64,000 nucleotides of DNA, taken from assembly GCF_009914755.1 (NCBI RefSeq), contig NC_060929.1; one strand, written 5' to 3'. The translations under genes were made by a program, and so were the position numbers. The DNA is from the human T2T-CHM13v2.0 reference genome, Homo sapiens. The notes under the pieces are model-generated. The model made no database searches and was not told where the DNA came from. It was given only the letters and a program-made list of their open reading frames with translations. Positions 16,729-32,612 of this stretch are shown in pieces; the first letter of the stretch is position 1; the number at the start of each line of letters is the position of its first letter.

Positions 16729-17231
16729 GATATGAAAAATTTCTAAGGAACTGATTACTAACTCTCTTATATAAAATATTTAAAAGAAACTGACAAAAAC
16801 TCCAAATAGAAGGACAATAATATTTGTAAAATTATAAAATCTTTCAGAGAAAAATGATAATTACAAGTGGGGTTCCTTTAAAATCACATTCTAGTTTTGT
16901 AATTCATGTATTTCTTTTCTTGGTAGGAAGCATGGGTTTACTTCCTTTTTGTATGGGAGGACCCTAGACAAAGCTTTATTTAGAGCAGAAGATCAGCTGA
17001 ATAGCCCTATATCTACAGAAGAAACTAAATTTATACTTTAAAATGTCCCAACAAACAAAACTTTAAGCATCTTCAGGGAAGATGGCTTCACTGAATTCTA
17101 CCAAACATTTAAGGAAGAAATAGTACCAATCCTATAAAAAATTTTCCAAAATATAGAAGAGAGGGTAATATTTTCCAACTCATTTTATGATAATAGCATT
17201 ATACATGGGTTTACTTCTTAAAAGCTTAAGG

Positions 17232-17445
17232 TAATTGTTCTCAACTGAGGGTGATTTTGGCTCCCAGGAACATTTGGCATTATCTAGAGACATTTTTGAC
17301 TGTTACAACTAGGGAGCAGTGCCACTGGAAACCAGTGGGTAAAGACCAGGGATGCTGCCAAATATCCTACAACGCATGGGACAGTCCCCCACAACAAAGA
17401 ATTAACTGGCTCAAATGTCAATAGTGCTGAGGTTGACAAACCCTA
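17232..17445 (+). mobile_element. MER20 (hAT)
   Basis: ttctcaactgagggtgattttg..ggaacatttggca..gtgctgaggttgacaaaccct. Confidence 0.85.
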
Positions 17446-17560
17446 GCTTAAAGAAAACAAAGTTCTCATTATTTTGAAAAATCAGGTATCCAAAGTTATA
17501 TCACACTACAAATCTAATAATTCAGTAGCAAACAAAAAACTAAAAATAAAGGTAGTCTAC

Positions 17561-17814
17561 CTTATCACAATGTAGATCTAGCATTTCAGGCTTGGGGAAA
17601 TCCTGTTCTATGTTTTCAGCAATGTTCTGTATTGCTAGCAACTGCTCGTCAATTTTCTGAAGCTTAGCACTGAGATGCTCTAGTTGGTGAGCTGCAGAGC
17701 TTGGTGCAGGGCAAGCTGCAGAGACACCTTGCAGCCGTTTCCACAATAGATAATCTTCTGCAGAGTCTGACTTTGTGCTCTGTCCTTTGAATCGGAACTC
17801 TGGTTTTGGCAGAC
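17561..17814 (-). CDS. CPLANE1: CPLANE1 exon (254 nt, phase 1-0): (G)LPKPEFRFKGQ...coiled-coil-like QLEHLSAKLQKIDEQL...LHCDK
   Basis: atttAG acceptor, AAG|GTAGAC donor; CGA at 17792-17794 fits c.7978. Confidence 0.93.
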
Positions 17815-18279
17815 CTAAATATTAATAAGAATAAAAGCAGAATTGATTATAATTAAAGAAGAGGTATTATTGATGATCTCATTTTTTGATGACTTCATTT
17901 TAAACCAACACAACACTACTTTCCAAATCAGTTTTAATTAAATATACCTAAAAATTCCTTTTCAGCTTCTTGATTTCTGGGATAAGAATACATAAATTAC
18001 TACAACAAAGTTCCACAAACAAGGAAGTCTGAATATTACTTTCATCCCTTGCTACAAACATATACTTCATCAAAAAGCAACTTTAATATTTTTATGACTT
18101 TTTCAAATTCTACTTGAAAACCAAAAACATCACACGTTAAAAGCTATCCCCAATATTGGCTATTACTGACTTTATATGAGATCTCAGGCAAACATTAAAC
18201 CTCCTAAAACCAAAATCAAAGCCAATGACTCTTCTTATTCTTAAACTCAGTTGATTCTTCTCCCAAATTTGCAATAGTT

Positions 18280-20432
<2,153 letters not shown>

Positions 20433-20559
20433 CAACACACACATATATATGTATTTTATTAAAAATTTTAAATATATATAGTCTTCTAAATCTTGCAAAA
20501 AGTTACCATAATGCAACTTGACTATAAAACTGAATATTTATAAGTACTATTGAATTGCA

Positions 20560-20772
20560 TACACCTGGCCATAAAGATGGAAACAACAGACACTGAGGAC
20601 TACAAGACAGAGAAGGAGGGAGGAAGGTAAGGGATGAGAAACTACCTATTGGGTACTATGCTCATTACCTGGGTGATGCGTCCAATCATACCTCAAACCT
20701 TAGCATCATGCAATATACCTATGTAACAAACTTGTACATGTGTCCCGAATTTGAAATAAAAGTTGGGAAAAA
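20560..20772 (+). mobile_element. L1 3' end (L1PA/L1PB-like)
   Basis: actacctattgggtactatgctcattacctgggtga..gtaacaaac..aataaa. Confidence 0.8.
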
Positions 20773-21133
20773 AAGTACTGTTGGCTACCATGCCTGTTTA
20801 TTTTTGGTGTGCTATTTGAGAATTTCCCACCTTTTACAATATGAGAATTGCTTTCTAACATCAAAACACTCATGAACTCACAAAGAATATTTATTTTTAG
20901 CCCTATTAATTGAGAAAAGACATATGCATAAACAGATCTGTGACTTCTTACAAAATATCCATGGTTCCCAGCTTTGGAATCATGTCTCTATTTCATTTAC
21001 CTACTTGCCCCCATGCTCCTTAGCAAGGGACAACCCTTTTTCTGGTTTCTTTTGCAATTACCAAATTTTGGTGCTTGTTTCCAATACAACAGTAATTCAG
21101 GAGAGGGTCATGCTATACCTCTTGGCTGTTTAC

Positions 21134-21241
21134 CTTTGTTCTGCTGTATGTCTGATGGTGTAGGTGAGGTGACACTAGGCTCCTTCACTTCTGTAATGCC
21201 TGCTCTCAAGCTTTTTCCATCCAGACAAGCTGGAGTTACTT
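21134..21241 (-). CDS. CPLANE1: CPLANE1 cassette exon (108 nt, phase 1-1): (E)VTPACLDGKSLRAGITE...IQQNK(G)
   Basis: cctgcAG acceptor, AAG|GTAAAC donor, symmetric and open. Confidence 0.85.
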
Positions 21242-21490
21242 CTGCAGGTTTAGAAAATAAATCCATAGAGGAATTGGCTGATTCTATCAAGACTATGAAA
21301 AGCATTCAAAGACTGATTCTAAACTTCTAAATAAGGTAATCCGAAGATTAACAGAACATTTCTGTGCATGTAAACATCCAAAAATACAGTGGGTTTGTAG
21401 GAGGAGAGGTAAGAGATGTGAGTAGGGATAACAATGCTATATTAAAGAACTTTTCAAATTATATTTGTTTTAAAAGTAGGAAAAAATTAC

Positions 21491-21689
21491 CTTGACTCTT
21501 AAAATTATGTGGGGGAACAGCATTAGTAACTGAAGCTGCCATATAATGTAACTCTGCAGACGATGGAACTGCTAGATGATCGCTTTGCTGTTTGATAACA
21601 TTATCATTTGAAGGCTCTTCTCTCACAGGTAATTCCTGTAGAAGATCATTAGCTTCAATGTCAATCACATTTATATAAGTATGTCCAAC
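21491..21689 (-). CDS. CPLANE1: CPLANE1 exon with two in-frame acceptors (199 nt from 21689 or 145 nt from 21635; phase 0-1)
   Basis: ggctcAG|GTT and ttctacAG|GAA acceptors 54 nt apart, AAG|GTAATT donor. Confidence 0.9.
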
Positions 21690-22045
21690 CTGAGCCAAAA
21701 CACATAAAACCAAAGAGGGTTACATTCTTTTTACTCTATGTGGTCACTCCGCCAAAAAAAAAAAAAAAAAAAAAAAAAAAGGCTTAATTCTTCATTCTTA
21801 TTAAAAACAAGGAAAGAAGGGCCTGAATGTGCCTAACTTAGGAAAAGGAGCAGGAAGTATGTATTATTGGTCTTAGTTTATAATATTTTTGGCATAATGC
21901 TTAAATTAATTTTTGAACCTTTACTACAAAGCTACATAGATGAGATTTTTAACCTCATTTCATCTACCCAATTGAATAATGTCTACATGACCATAATACA
22001 TTTTAGCGCAAAGGTATTATTAAAACTTCTGAATAAAACACAAAC

Positions 22046-22167
22046 CAAGTTTGTTACTGTATGAGGTATTGAGGGTGACCAAGGTTTCTCTGACATTTCA
22101 CTGGAAAGCTTCAGATTTAGATAGACATCTGGGACCAAGAGCTGAGGAGCAGTCAAAGGCTCATGTT
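22046..22167 (-). CDS. CPLANE1: CPLANE1 exon (122 nt, phase 1-0): (E)HEPLTAPQLLVPD...HTVTNL
   Basis: aattttcAG acceptor, TTG|GTTTGT donor. Confidence 0.9.
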
Positions 22168-22612
22168 CTGAAAATTAAAAAAGAAATAATCAGGAACATT
22201 CAAAAAAAGGCTGTAAACTGCTCCAAATCATCAGCTTTGTATGAACAAGTTAGCAACAAACAACATAAATTGTACTTCTTGAAATCTAAGTAGAAGTGAC
22301 ATGGGTATAAATAATTAAAGCACATTCTATTCTAAGGGCAATTTAAAGTAATTCATAATTGAATGTAAGCTGACTATTGTTTCTCTCATATGAATGATTT
22401 ACAAGAACAATAAAGTAACTAAATTACATCAAGAAAATGCTAAAATTTCCTATTTCCGTATCAGATATAGTAAGTCATGCTTGTCTACTTTAGGGAAGTT
22501 TCAACAAAACCAGATTTTAGAAGATTAACCTATAACTAATTTTTTTTTAACTTGAACACTTTCTTGTTATTTGCTTATTTTTATTGACAGCTTTATTGAA
22601 ACATAATTCACA

Positions 22613-22904
22613 TTTTTTTTTTTTTTTTGAGACAGAGTCTCGCTCTGTCACCCAGGCTGCAGTGCAGTAACATGATCTAAGCTCATTGCAACCTCCACCT
22701 CCCGGGTTCATTCTCCTGCCTCAGCCTCCCGAGTAGCTGAGACTACAGGCACCCACCACCACACCTGGCTAATTTTTTTGTATTTTTAATAGAGACAGGA
22801 TTTCACCATGTTAGCCAGGATGGTCTCGATCTCCTGACCTCGTGATCCGCCCGCCTCAGCCTCCCAAAGTGCTGGGATTACAGGCATGAGCCACTGCGCC
22901 CAGC
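22613..22904 (-). mobile_element. AluS/Y-like
   Basis: Antisense dimer, TSD taattcacatt. Confidence 0.9.
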
Positions 22905-22916
22905 TAATTCACATTC

Positions 22917-23232
<316 letters not shown>

Positions 23233-24096
23233 TAATTCACATTCTTTAAAAGGGTATCATTCAGTGGTGTATAGTATATTCACAGAGCCTATAATTAAAT
23301 TTTACCACTTAAGGTGTTTTAACATCTAAATTTCACAAACGTTAACTGCTTCTTATTTAACAGTAAAATAAACAGGCCTGTCACAGCAGATCAACAAACA
23401 GTTTAACTCTGTGCCTTTTGTTCTAGGCCTCTAGCCTTATCTTCTAGCACTGTATTTTCAATAAAGCACTATTTTCAAATGTAACTCATATTGAGTACTT
23501 GTTACCAAAGCTTAAATTTAAACCACTTAAAACTAGAAAAAAAAGGAAAATAAAAATACTGAAATCATTCCCTCTCTCTTAATTGATTGGTTTAACCGCT
23601 TTTTTAAGGGGGATGGTGACTAGCTTTGGCATAATGCAGATACATCTTTAATAAGTCATACTGTTCTTAGGAAAAAAAAGAAATCACACATGATATGCAA
23701 GAAATTATTTGCTGCTTGGTACCACATTCAGAAACAACTTCTTGAGAAGTAGCTTCCTTATCTTGTAGTACATTAAAAATTTAAGACAAAAAGAGAAAAC
23801 AAAAAAATTTCACAAACACAAGAAAAAATTAAAATATATGAATACAGATAATTAGATATTATGCATAAAAGGTGATAGGTAGAAACAAAGAGTGACAACT
23901 TAACAATGTAATTTTAAATAATTAATGTAATTTCAAATTTTATTATTATTTATATCTTGGGCCTTCACCTAGATGAATAGCAGACTCAGGAAACAGCTGC
24001 CAACTTCGATAAACTACTTAGCAACAAAAGCAATGTACCTCCAAGGCTTTCTCAAAGACATGCTTAGATAATGAACATTTAAGAATGTTTCTCAGT

Positions 24097-24793
<697 letters not shown>

Positions 24794-26286
24794 ATAATTA
24801 CTTTTTTTGACCTATCAGATTGGCAAAGTTAAAAAGTTTAGCTAAATCACAGTAATAACCAAAAAAGTCTCTTATGCAGGAAGATACTCATTGAAGCATA
24901 ATTTGTAGGAGAAAAAACTGGAAACTGTCTAATGTATAGCTGGAAGAAGGAATATGCTTATGAAGTACTTTTTTGATGACACAGGGACATGTTTGCCATA
25001 CATATAAATCAAAGTGAAATGAACAGGATAGAAAATACGGGTATCCCTTGTAATGCAAATCTAATCCACTCCTGCAAATGTGCTGGATAGTGAATTTTCT
25101 GATTCCAGGAGACTTTATGACAGTATTTCAAATGGAAATAAAAAGGTGTCCTAGCCCATCTAATTTTCCCAAACATCATTAAACAACTCTTAAATAACAA
25201 CCCATCAAGGATAACTACATATAAAGCATTTTAAATATAACTTTTTGATTAATATTCATTTAATTCATTAGTTAGCATTCAATATGCAATAATACTGAAC
25301 ACATTAGAGATGAATTGCCGTCAACATTGTAGCAAACATACTATGATGCAAATAACAAAATAAATAATATGTTAAAGATACACTCTAATTTAAGAGCATC
25401 CCAAGGTACTTGGAAAAAAATAACACTGGGACCCAGGAGGATTAAACTAAACTCTCATGGAAAAGCTAGAGAAGATAGCCATAATATCTGGACAATGAGA
25501 GTTTAGATAGTAAGGGAGGACACCTATGCTATATACTGTATTTAACAATGTAAAATGCACAAAAGACTGAAAGAAAAAACAATATCAAACCGTTATTGCT
25601 AAGTGGTGTGATTATGGTTAATTTTCATCTTCTTCATAGATTGCTAAATCACCCAAATATTCTACAATGATTACATTTTTAAAACATAAGATAAAGTTAG
25701 GCTAAAAAGCATGCACAAGGTTCTGTACATGGGTAAAAGAAATTGTTTACTAAAAATCATAAAAAAGAATTTCTGTGATAACAATGGGTAGAGCACTATT
25801 CAAGATGCTATTCATAATGATAAATAATATTAAAGAGGAAATTTGTCAGGAAACATTCCAAATAATAGGTCCTCCAACACTTATTTCCTCTGCTCCTGGA
25901 CACAGTTAAATACCCCTCCCTCACCGAACCCAGTCCAGTCCTTCCTAGCTCACCTTCACTAGCCACAATCCCAGGCCTCCCAACCTTGGGCATGCAATTC
26001 CAGTAAAGGTAATCAATAACATAGAGAATCCAAATTCAAAGCATTATATTTACTGACTTAGGATGTAGTCTATGGCAATTTTGAAGAAAAGTGTCTATTA
26101 TGTTTTACTTAAGTTATAAATTTGATTTCTACAGTATATACCAAGACTGGAAAGAAAAATCTAGGCAGAGTAAATAATATCACATAATTAAAAATTCCCT
26201 TTAAATCACTGTCTTAAAGGAAAAGTCTAGATAACTTAATTGTATCAAAATATATGAATTTTTTTAAAAAGTAAAACAGCATTTAC

Positions 26287-26388
26287 CTGGGTCTGTATTT
26301 GTACTTGCATCTTGACTTCCTATAGCTTTCTTTTTTACAGAGGCCATGAAATGCAATCCAGCTGAAGTATTATCATCTTGTAGCATTT
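26287..26388 (-). CDS. CPLANE1: CPLANE1 exon (102 nt, phase 1-1): (E)MLQDDNTSAGLHFMASV...TNTDP(E)
   Basis: atttaAG acceptor, CAG|GTAAAT donor. Confidence 0.9.
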
Positions 26389-26505
26389 CTTAAATATAAT
26401 AAAACATTGGAAGTAATCATTGAGAAGCTAACAGATTACCAGGAGCCCAGCAGCACAGTACCTAACTCAATGGAAGTAAAATATGGGGTGTCAGGATGTT
26501 ATTAA

Positions 26506-26979
<474 letters not shown>

Positions 26980-27401
26980 TAGGAAAACAACCTAGCCAGT
27001 GTGTGGAAAATAGGTTTGAGTGGATATACCTAGTAATGGTGAGGGATGGGGAAACAGGTTAAATTTAAGAATTACAAAGGAAGCAAAATAGGTAAGAATT
27101 GGTTACTGAATGGATAAGAGGGAAGACAGAATTCAGAATCATGTGTTTCTGGCTTAGGCTGATATCAACACAAATGGAGAAAGAGAACATAGGAGGAAAA
27201 AACAGTTGGGGCAGAGTAGAAATAATGAATTCAGAATTCACATGGTGTACCTGAGGTAATTTCTACACAAGTGGAAAAACTCAAGAGGAAAGAAAATCAA
27301 AATCCAAAGTCTACTGTGAGAGTTTGGGTTTACATGTGGATTTCTCTGGGAGATCTCCCAGGAAGACTAGGTAGAATAAGAAAGTATTAATTATGGAGCA
27401 T

Positions 27402-28015
27402 TGTGGTATAATGAAAAATATATATTTGGTCTACAAAGACCCAGTTTCTTGCACACAGGTCCTCAGAATCTTGGGATTTCCTGATAGGAGTGTCTGTTAT
27501 TTCTAACGAGCCCCTTTTGATCATACCTAAGTTTATGCTAGAGGTGTCTCTTTGCAAGCCCTTAGATAGCTTCAGCATAGGCCCTAGTCACCAGAGGAAC
27601 CAACCACATGATGAGAGGGTTAGAACTACCAGCCCCCAATTCACTCATCCTACTGCCACTTCTGGGAAAGAGAAGGGGCTGGAGATTGAGCTCAATCACA
27701 ATGGCCAGTGATTTAATCAATTATACCTATGTACTGAAAAGTCAATAAAAATTCTGAAGCAAACAGGTTAAGGGAGATTCCAGGTTGGTGAATACATGGA
27801 TGTGCTAGGAGAATGACCATCCCAGAGAGGGCATGGAAGCCCTGTGCTGCCCACCCCCACCACTGCGTATCCTTTATAATAAAATTGTAATCATAAGTAA
27901 AGTGCTTTCCCAATTTCTGTGGGTTTTCTAGTCAATTATCAAACCTGAGTTGAGGGGGGTGGAGTATAGGAACCCTTGAATTTGTAGTCAGCTGGGCAGA
28001 AATGTAGGTAGCCTC
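27402..28015 (+). mobile_element. MER21-like solo LTR (ERVL)
   Basis: tgtggtataatgaaaaatatatatttggtct start; tcaccagaggaaccaaccacatgatgagagggttagaact. Confidence 0.7.
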
Positions 28016-28094
28016 ATTTTCATATTGTACATATTTCTAGAAAGCTAATTTTAACTCTAAACTTAGACATTACATTAATCATACACATACATAC

Positions 28095-28149
28095 CAAAAG
28101 GAACGTCGAAGTCATCCAAAGGATGGGAACCACAATGTTCTTGTTGTTC
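28095..28149 (-). CDS. CPLANE1: CPLANE1 exon (55 nt, phase 0-1): EQQEHCGSHPLDDFDVPF(E)
   Basis: catttAG acceptor, TTG|GTATGT donor. Confidence 0.9.
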
Positions 28150-28643
28150 CTAAATGAATTCCCACAGGATTACTCTATGATTAACTCAAAGATGTGTATT
28201 ATTTTTGAAAAAAAAATCAATAGCTATGAAGATTGAATTCTCATGTATAACTTCAACTTCCATCATTCTAGACATAAGTATTCTATCAAATTATTTACTC
28301 TATCAAAGTAACTCTACAAATGAATTCAGAAAATACATAAGCCAAACAATAAAAAAGAGCATTACCAATTTAATGTAACGTTCCTAGGTTACCATGTGCA
28401 ACTCTCTTCTACAGAGTAGCTTTGATAATACTCAAATAGTACACCATCCTGTCAAAAATCTTTCATGGACTCAACAAACATTTGTACTAAGTGCCTCTAA
28501 ACATGCTCTTGAGGACTGACTGAAAAAGCATGCCTTTTAAAAATCAATGTAAACAAAACTATTAATACGTCTCTATTTAATCTGTTGTTGCAAAAATAGT
28601 TAGTCACCAAATATAGAAGGTATATTTTAAAAGACCTGACTTA

Positions 28644-28945
28644 AAGCTGGGCATGATGGCTCACACCTATAATCCAAGTGTTTTAGGAGGCTGAGGTGGA
28701 AGGATCACTTGAGGTCAGGAGTTGGAGACCAGCCTGGGCAACACAGCAAGGTCCCACCTCTCAAAAAATATTTTTTAATTAGCTGGGCATGGTGGCACAC
28801 ACCTGTAGTTCTAGCTATTTGGGAGGCTGAAGCAGGAGGATTGCCCGAGCCCAGGAGGTAGAGGCTGCAGTGAGCTATATTTATGCCACTGCACTACAGC
28901 CTGTGCAACAGAGCAAGGCCCTATCTCTAAAAAATAATAATAAAT
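28644..28945 (+). mobile_element. AluJ
   Basis: Diverged dimer. Confidence 0.88.
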
Positions 28946-29360
28946 TAAATTTTAAAAAAAGACGTGACTTAAAATAGAGGTTACACAACAAACCTGTTTG
29001 GGAAATCCTAGAGGAATCTCAGAGAACGGTGAAACTGTATTAGGAGAAGCCCAAATAACATAATATATATATTAAGATGTCATAGAAATAAGCAAAGGGT
29101 GATTTCAAATATAAAAAAGCCACACAGGCAGATGCTCTAAACTGCAGTTTTTCATGTACCATCAAGTTGCTTTTCACATTCAGAACTCTATGTCTACTGC
29201 TCTGTGGAGGGAGGCAGCAGGGACTGATATACTGAATGATATGAAGATCCTCCTAGTCACAGTCAGAAGCTCCCAGCAATCAGACTAGATAAACCACAAA
29301 GACATACCAAACTCAGTGTACATGCAAACCAGGGAAGAATCTATAGCAGTTTTTCTATAC

Positions 29361-29493
29361 CTTGGGTTTCTTAATGATTTCTGAATCATCATTATTAATT
29401 ATGGAATTCTCTGGTCGAAAAGTCACATTTGGTTTTCTCCTCAGTTTCTCACATCTTTTTTCTTGCAGCTCTTTCTCAGCTCTTCTTCTTTGC
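29361..29493 (-). CDS. CPLANE1: CPLANE1 exon (133 nt, phase 2-0): (R)QRRRAEKELQEKR...IIKKPK
   Basis: tttaacAG acceptor, AAG|GTATAG donor; CGA at 29415-29417 fits c.7477. Confidence 0.93.
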
Positions 29494-30211
29494 CTGTTAA
29501 ACATAATAGCATAAAACATACTTTTACAACTATAGCAACATTTGCTTTTCATTTATCATGCTATATAGGGATACAGTTGACAAAATTACGTTCATAAATT
29601 ATTTTCAATAGCATTTAATTAAATTGGCAAGATATTCTGCAAATACAAGCAAATATAAGCAAAACACCAAATGTGAAATTTATTTCTAGAACCTCTACTA
29701 CTGAACTGACTATTCTATATTAGTCACTGGAATCTAAGGACAGGTTTACACACCTTAGGTAATTATTAAACTCTCTTTTCTGTGGATTTGAAGCTGGTGC
29801 CAGAAACCCTATCAGATACCTCCATTTGTCTATTTGAAGACATTAAGCACACTTAGTCACCTCAGCAAAATTACAGCAAGGAGGAAAGAGGTCTCAAAAT
29901 GCTAAAGGGAAGACTTAATTTGAAGAGGGAATAGATGGAAACAGAAAATTTCTGGAAAGAGAGCACTAGTGACAGATTTTACAGTCTGATAAATGTGAAA
30001 TTTTAAAAGTATTTTCTAGACTTAGTAATAATCTACCAATCAATATATGCGGTAAAACACTACAGTAAGTGCTCTTCACTAGAAGTCACAGCCTTGCTTT
30101 TCACATACACATTTCTTAGTGCCCTGAAACAATTTACATCACCTACCCTCCTGCTTACTGTAAGAGTCTAAAGAATACGGTAAGATGATTGGTTCAAAGT
30201 ATTAGATGATA

Positions 30212-30553
30212 CAGTAGTCCCTGCTTATCCATGGTTTCACTTTCCAAGGTTTCAGTTATCAGAGTTCAACCATGGTTCGAAAATAGATGAGTTCAGTGCA
30301 GTAAGATATTTTGAGAGACAGAGAGAAAGAGATCACATTCTTATAACTTGTATTACAATATAGTTATAATTGTTATATTTTATTACTAGTTATTGTGCAT
30401 TGCTTACTGTGCCTAATCTGTAACTTAAACTTTATCATTGGCATGCATATATAGAAAAAAACAAAATATATAATAGGGTTCAGTACTATCTGCAGTTTCA
30501 GGTATCCACTGAAGGTCTTGGCATGTATTCCTGGGGATAAGGGAGGACTACTG
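30212..30553 (-). mobile_element. MER44A
   Basis: Terminal inverted repeats cagtagtccctgcttatcc / ggataagggaggactactg. Confidence 0.85.
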
Positions 30554-30868
30554 CATATGGGATATTGTACCAAATATTTGAGCAGCAAATGACTGTTCAT
30601 CCTATTACCGACACTGTAAAAGAATCCTCCAGTCTATGAATGGTAGGAAAGAATTCCTTAATAAAATGGGAAAAAATTATAGTATTTGTCTCGCAAAATA
30701 GGAATTTTTCTCACATAAAATGTTTTCAGATGCATGACACTTGAAAAGAAAACTGAATGTGCAATTGTGTATAGCCTAGGAGACTGAACCAGATTACTGT
30801 GTGATTATAAATAATAATGAACTTGCTGATATATGATATTATCAAATAAAATTTCACTTAAGCCTTGC

Positions 30869-31035
30869 CTTTTTTTACTGTCCTTTCCTTGTCTTACTTC
30901 AGGTGGTTCTATTTTGACCTTTAGAAGTTGAAGGTGTCCAGCATCACCTTGTTCAAATAAATTATGTGTTAGTTTCTGTTGGCTTTGTTTAAACGCAATG
31001 AGGTTTTCAAGTGGGATAAGTTGTGTTTTTTTGCA
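30869..31035 (-). CDS. CPLANE1: CPLANE1 exon (167 nt, phase 0-2) ending at a GC donor: CKKTQLIPLENL...RQGKDSKK(R)
   Basis: tcttgtAG acceptor; AAG|GCAAGG donor gives the phase needed by the next exon and cumulative length ends at c.7400. Confidence 0.9.
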
Positions 31036-31318
31036 CTACAAGAAAGAAACAAAGCATAAGAATGACAAATTGCAAACTCAATTATGTAATATTTCAACAA
31101 AAGACTGAGGAAAAATACATTTGTTTAAATTAAACTGTGCAACAGTTAGAACAAATCAAATATAACAAATTGATTTAAACTGGCAATATGAGTATACATA
31201 TCTTAGAGAAAAAGTGATTTAAAGTGCTGAAAGTTTCAAATGGGTCATCCTATTTCAGAAATTAAGCTAGAAGTTCTCAACTTCCTAATTTCATTCCCTT
31301 ATTAAAAAGCTTTCCTCT

Positions 31319-31799
<481 letters not shown>

Positions 31800-32330
31800 T
31801 CAGAAGAAAAGGAAGCATGGTAAGTATTTTTTCTAAGGAATAACCATTTCCTTTCCCAGTACCATCTTCAAATCATAAAAGTACACCACAGAATGCATTA
31901 CTCAATTACCTCCCTAAGATAGTACTGCTCTCCTCAAAACTAGAGCCTAAACCATTTTAATTTCATAAATCAAAAGTTATACCTTTAAAGAGGACTTGGT
32001 GGGTTTATAAAACTACCATTTTAATATATATGCTACTAATCACAGATTCTGGGTCTATTTAACAAATTTAACCTGTCAAAGATTTGAAGATCATACAATA
32101 ATTGCTAGGAACCTCAAACAATATGTGTGCTCACTTGCTCTCCACTCTACACACACATAAACAAGAGCATCTGGTAATTTTTTTGCTTTCTTTTTTGAGT
32201 GTTTAAATCTGACACAGAGTACCTGGTAATTTTACTTCTTATTTCTTCCCAGAGCAGCAGAAATATTTATGAAAGAGTCCAGTAAATTCCAGTATTGATA
32301 GAAAGACCTAAAACCTTTAAAATACACAAT

Positions 32331-32458
32331 TTTTTTTTAATAGAGACAGCTTCTCCCTATGTTACCCAGGCTAGTCTCAAACTCCTGGGGATCAAGGGAT
32401 CTTCCCATCTTGGCCTCCCAAAGTATTGGGATTACAGGCATGAGCCACCATGCCCAGC
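32331..32458 (-). mobile_element. FLAM_C-like monomer
   Basis: Antisense left-arm motifs. Confidence 0.75.
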
Positions 32459-32612
32459 TACAATCATTATTTTAAACCTAATTTTTATATGCTATTTTCT
32501 ATAACAAGCATTTTTTTATGTACAAGAGCTTTTCAGTGACCATACAGTACTTATGGTATGAAAAAAATAGTGCAGGACACTGCTTTTGCATTACCATACA
32601 AAAATTCATTAC

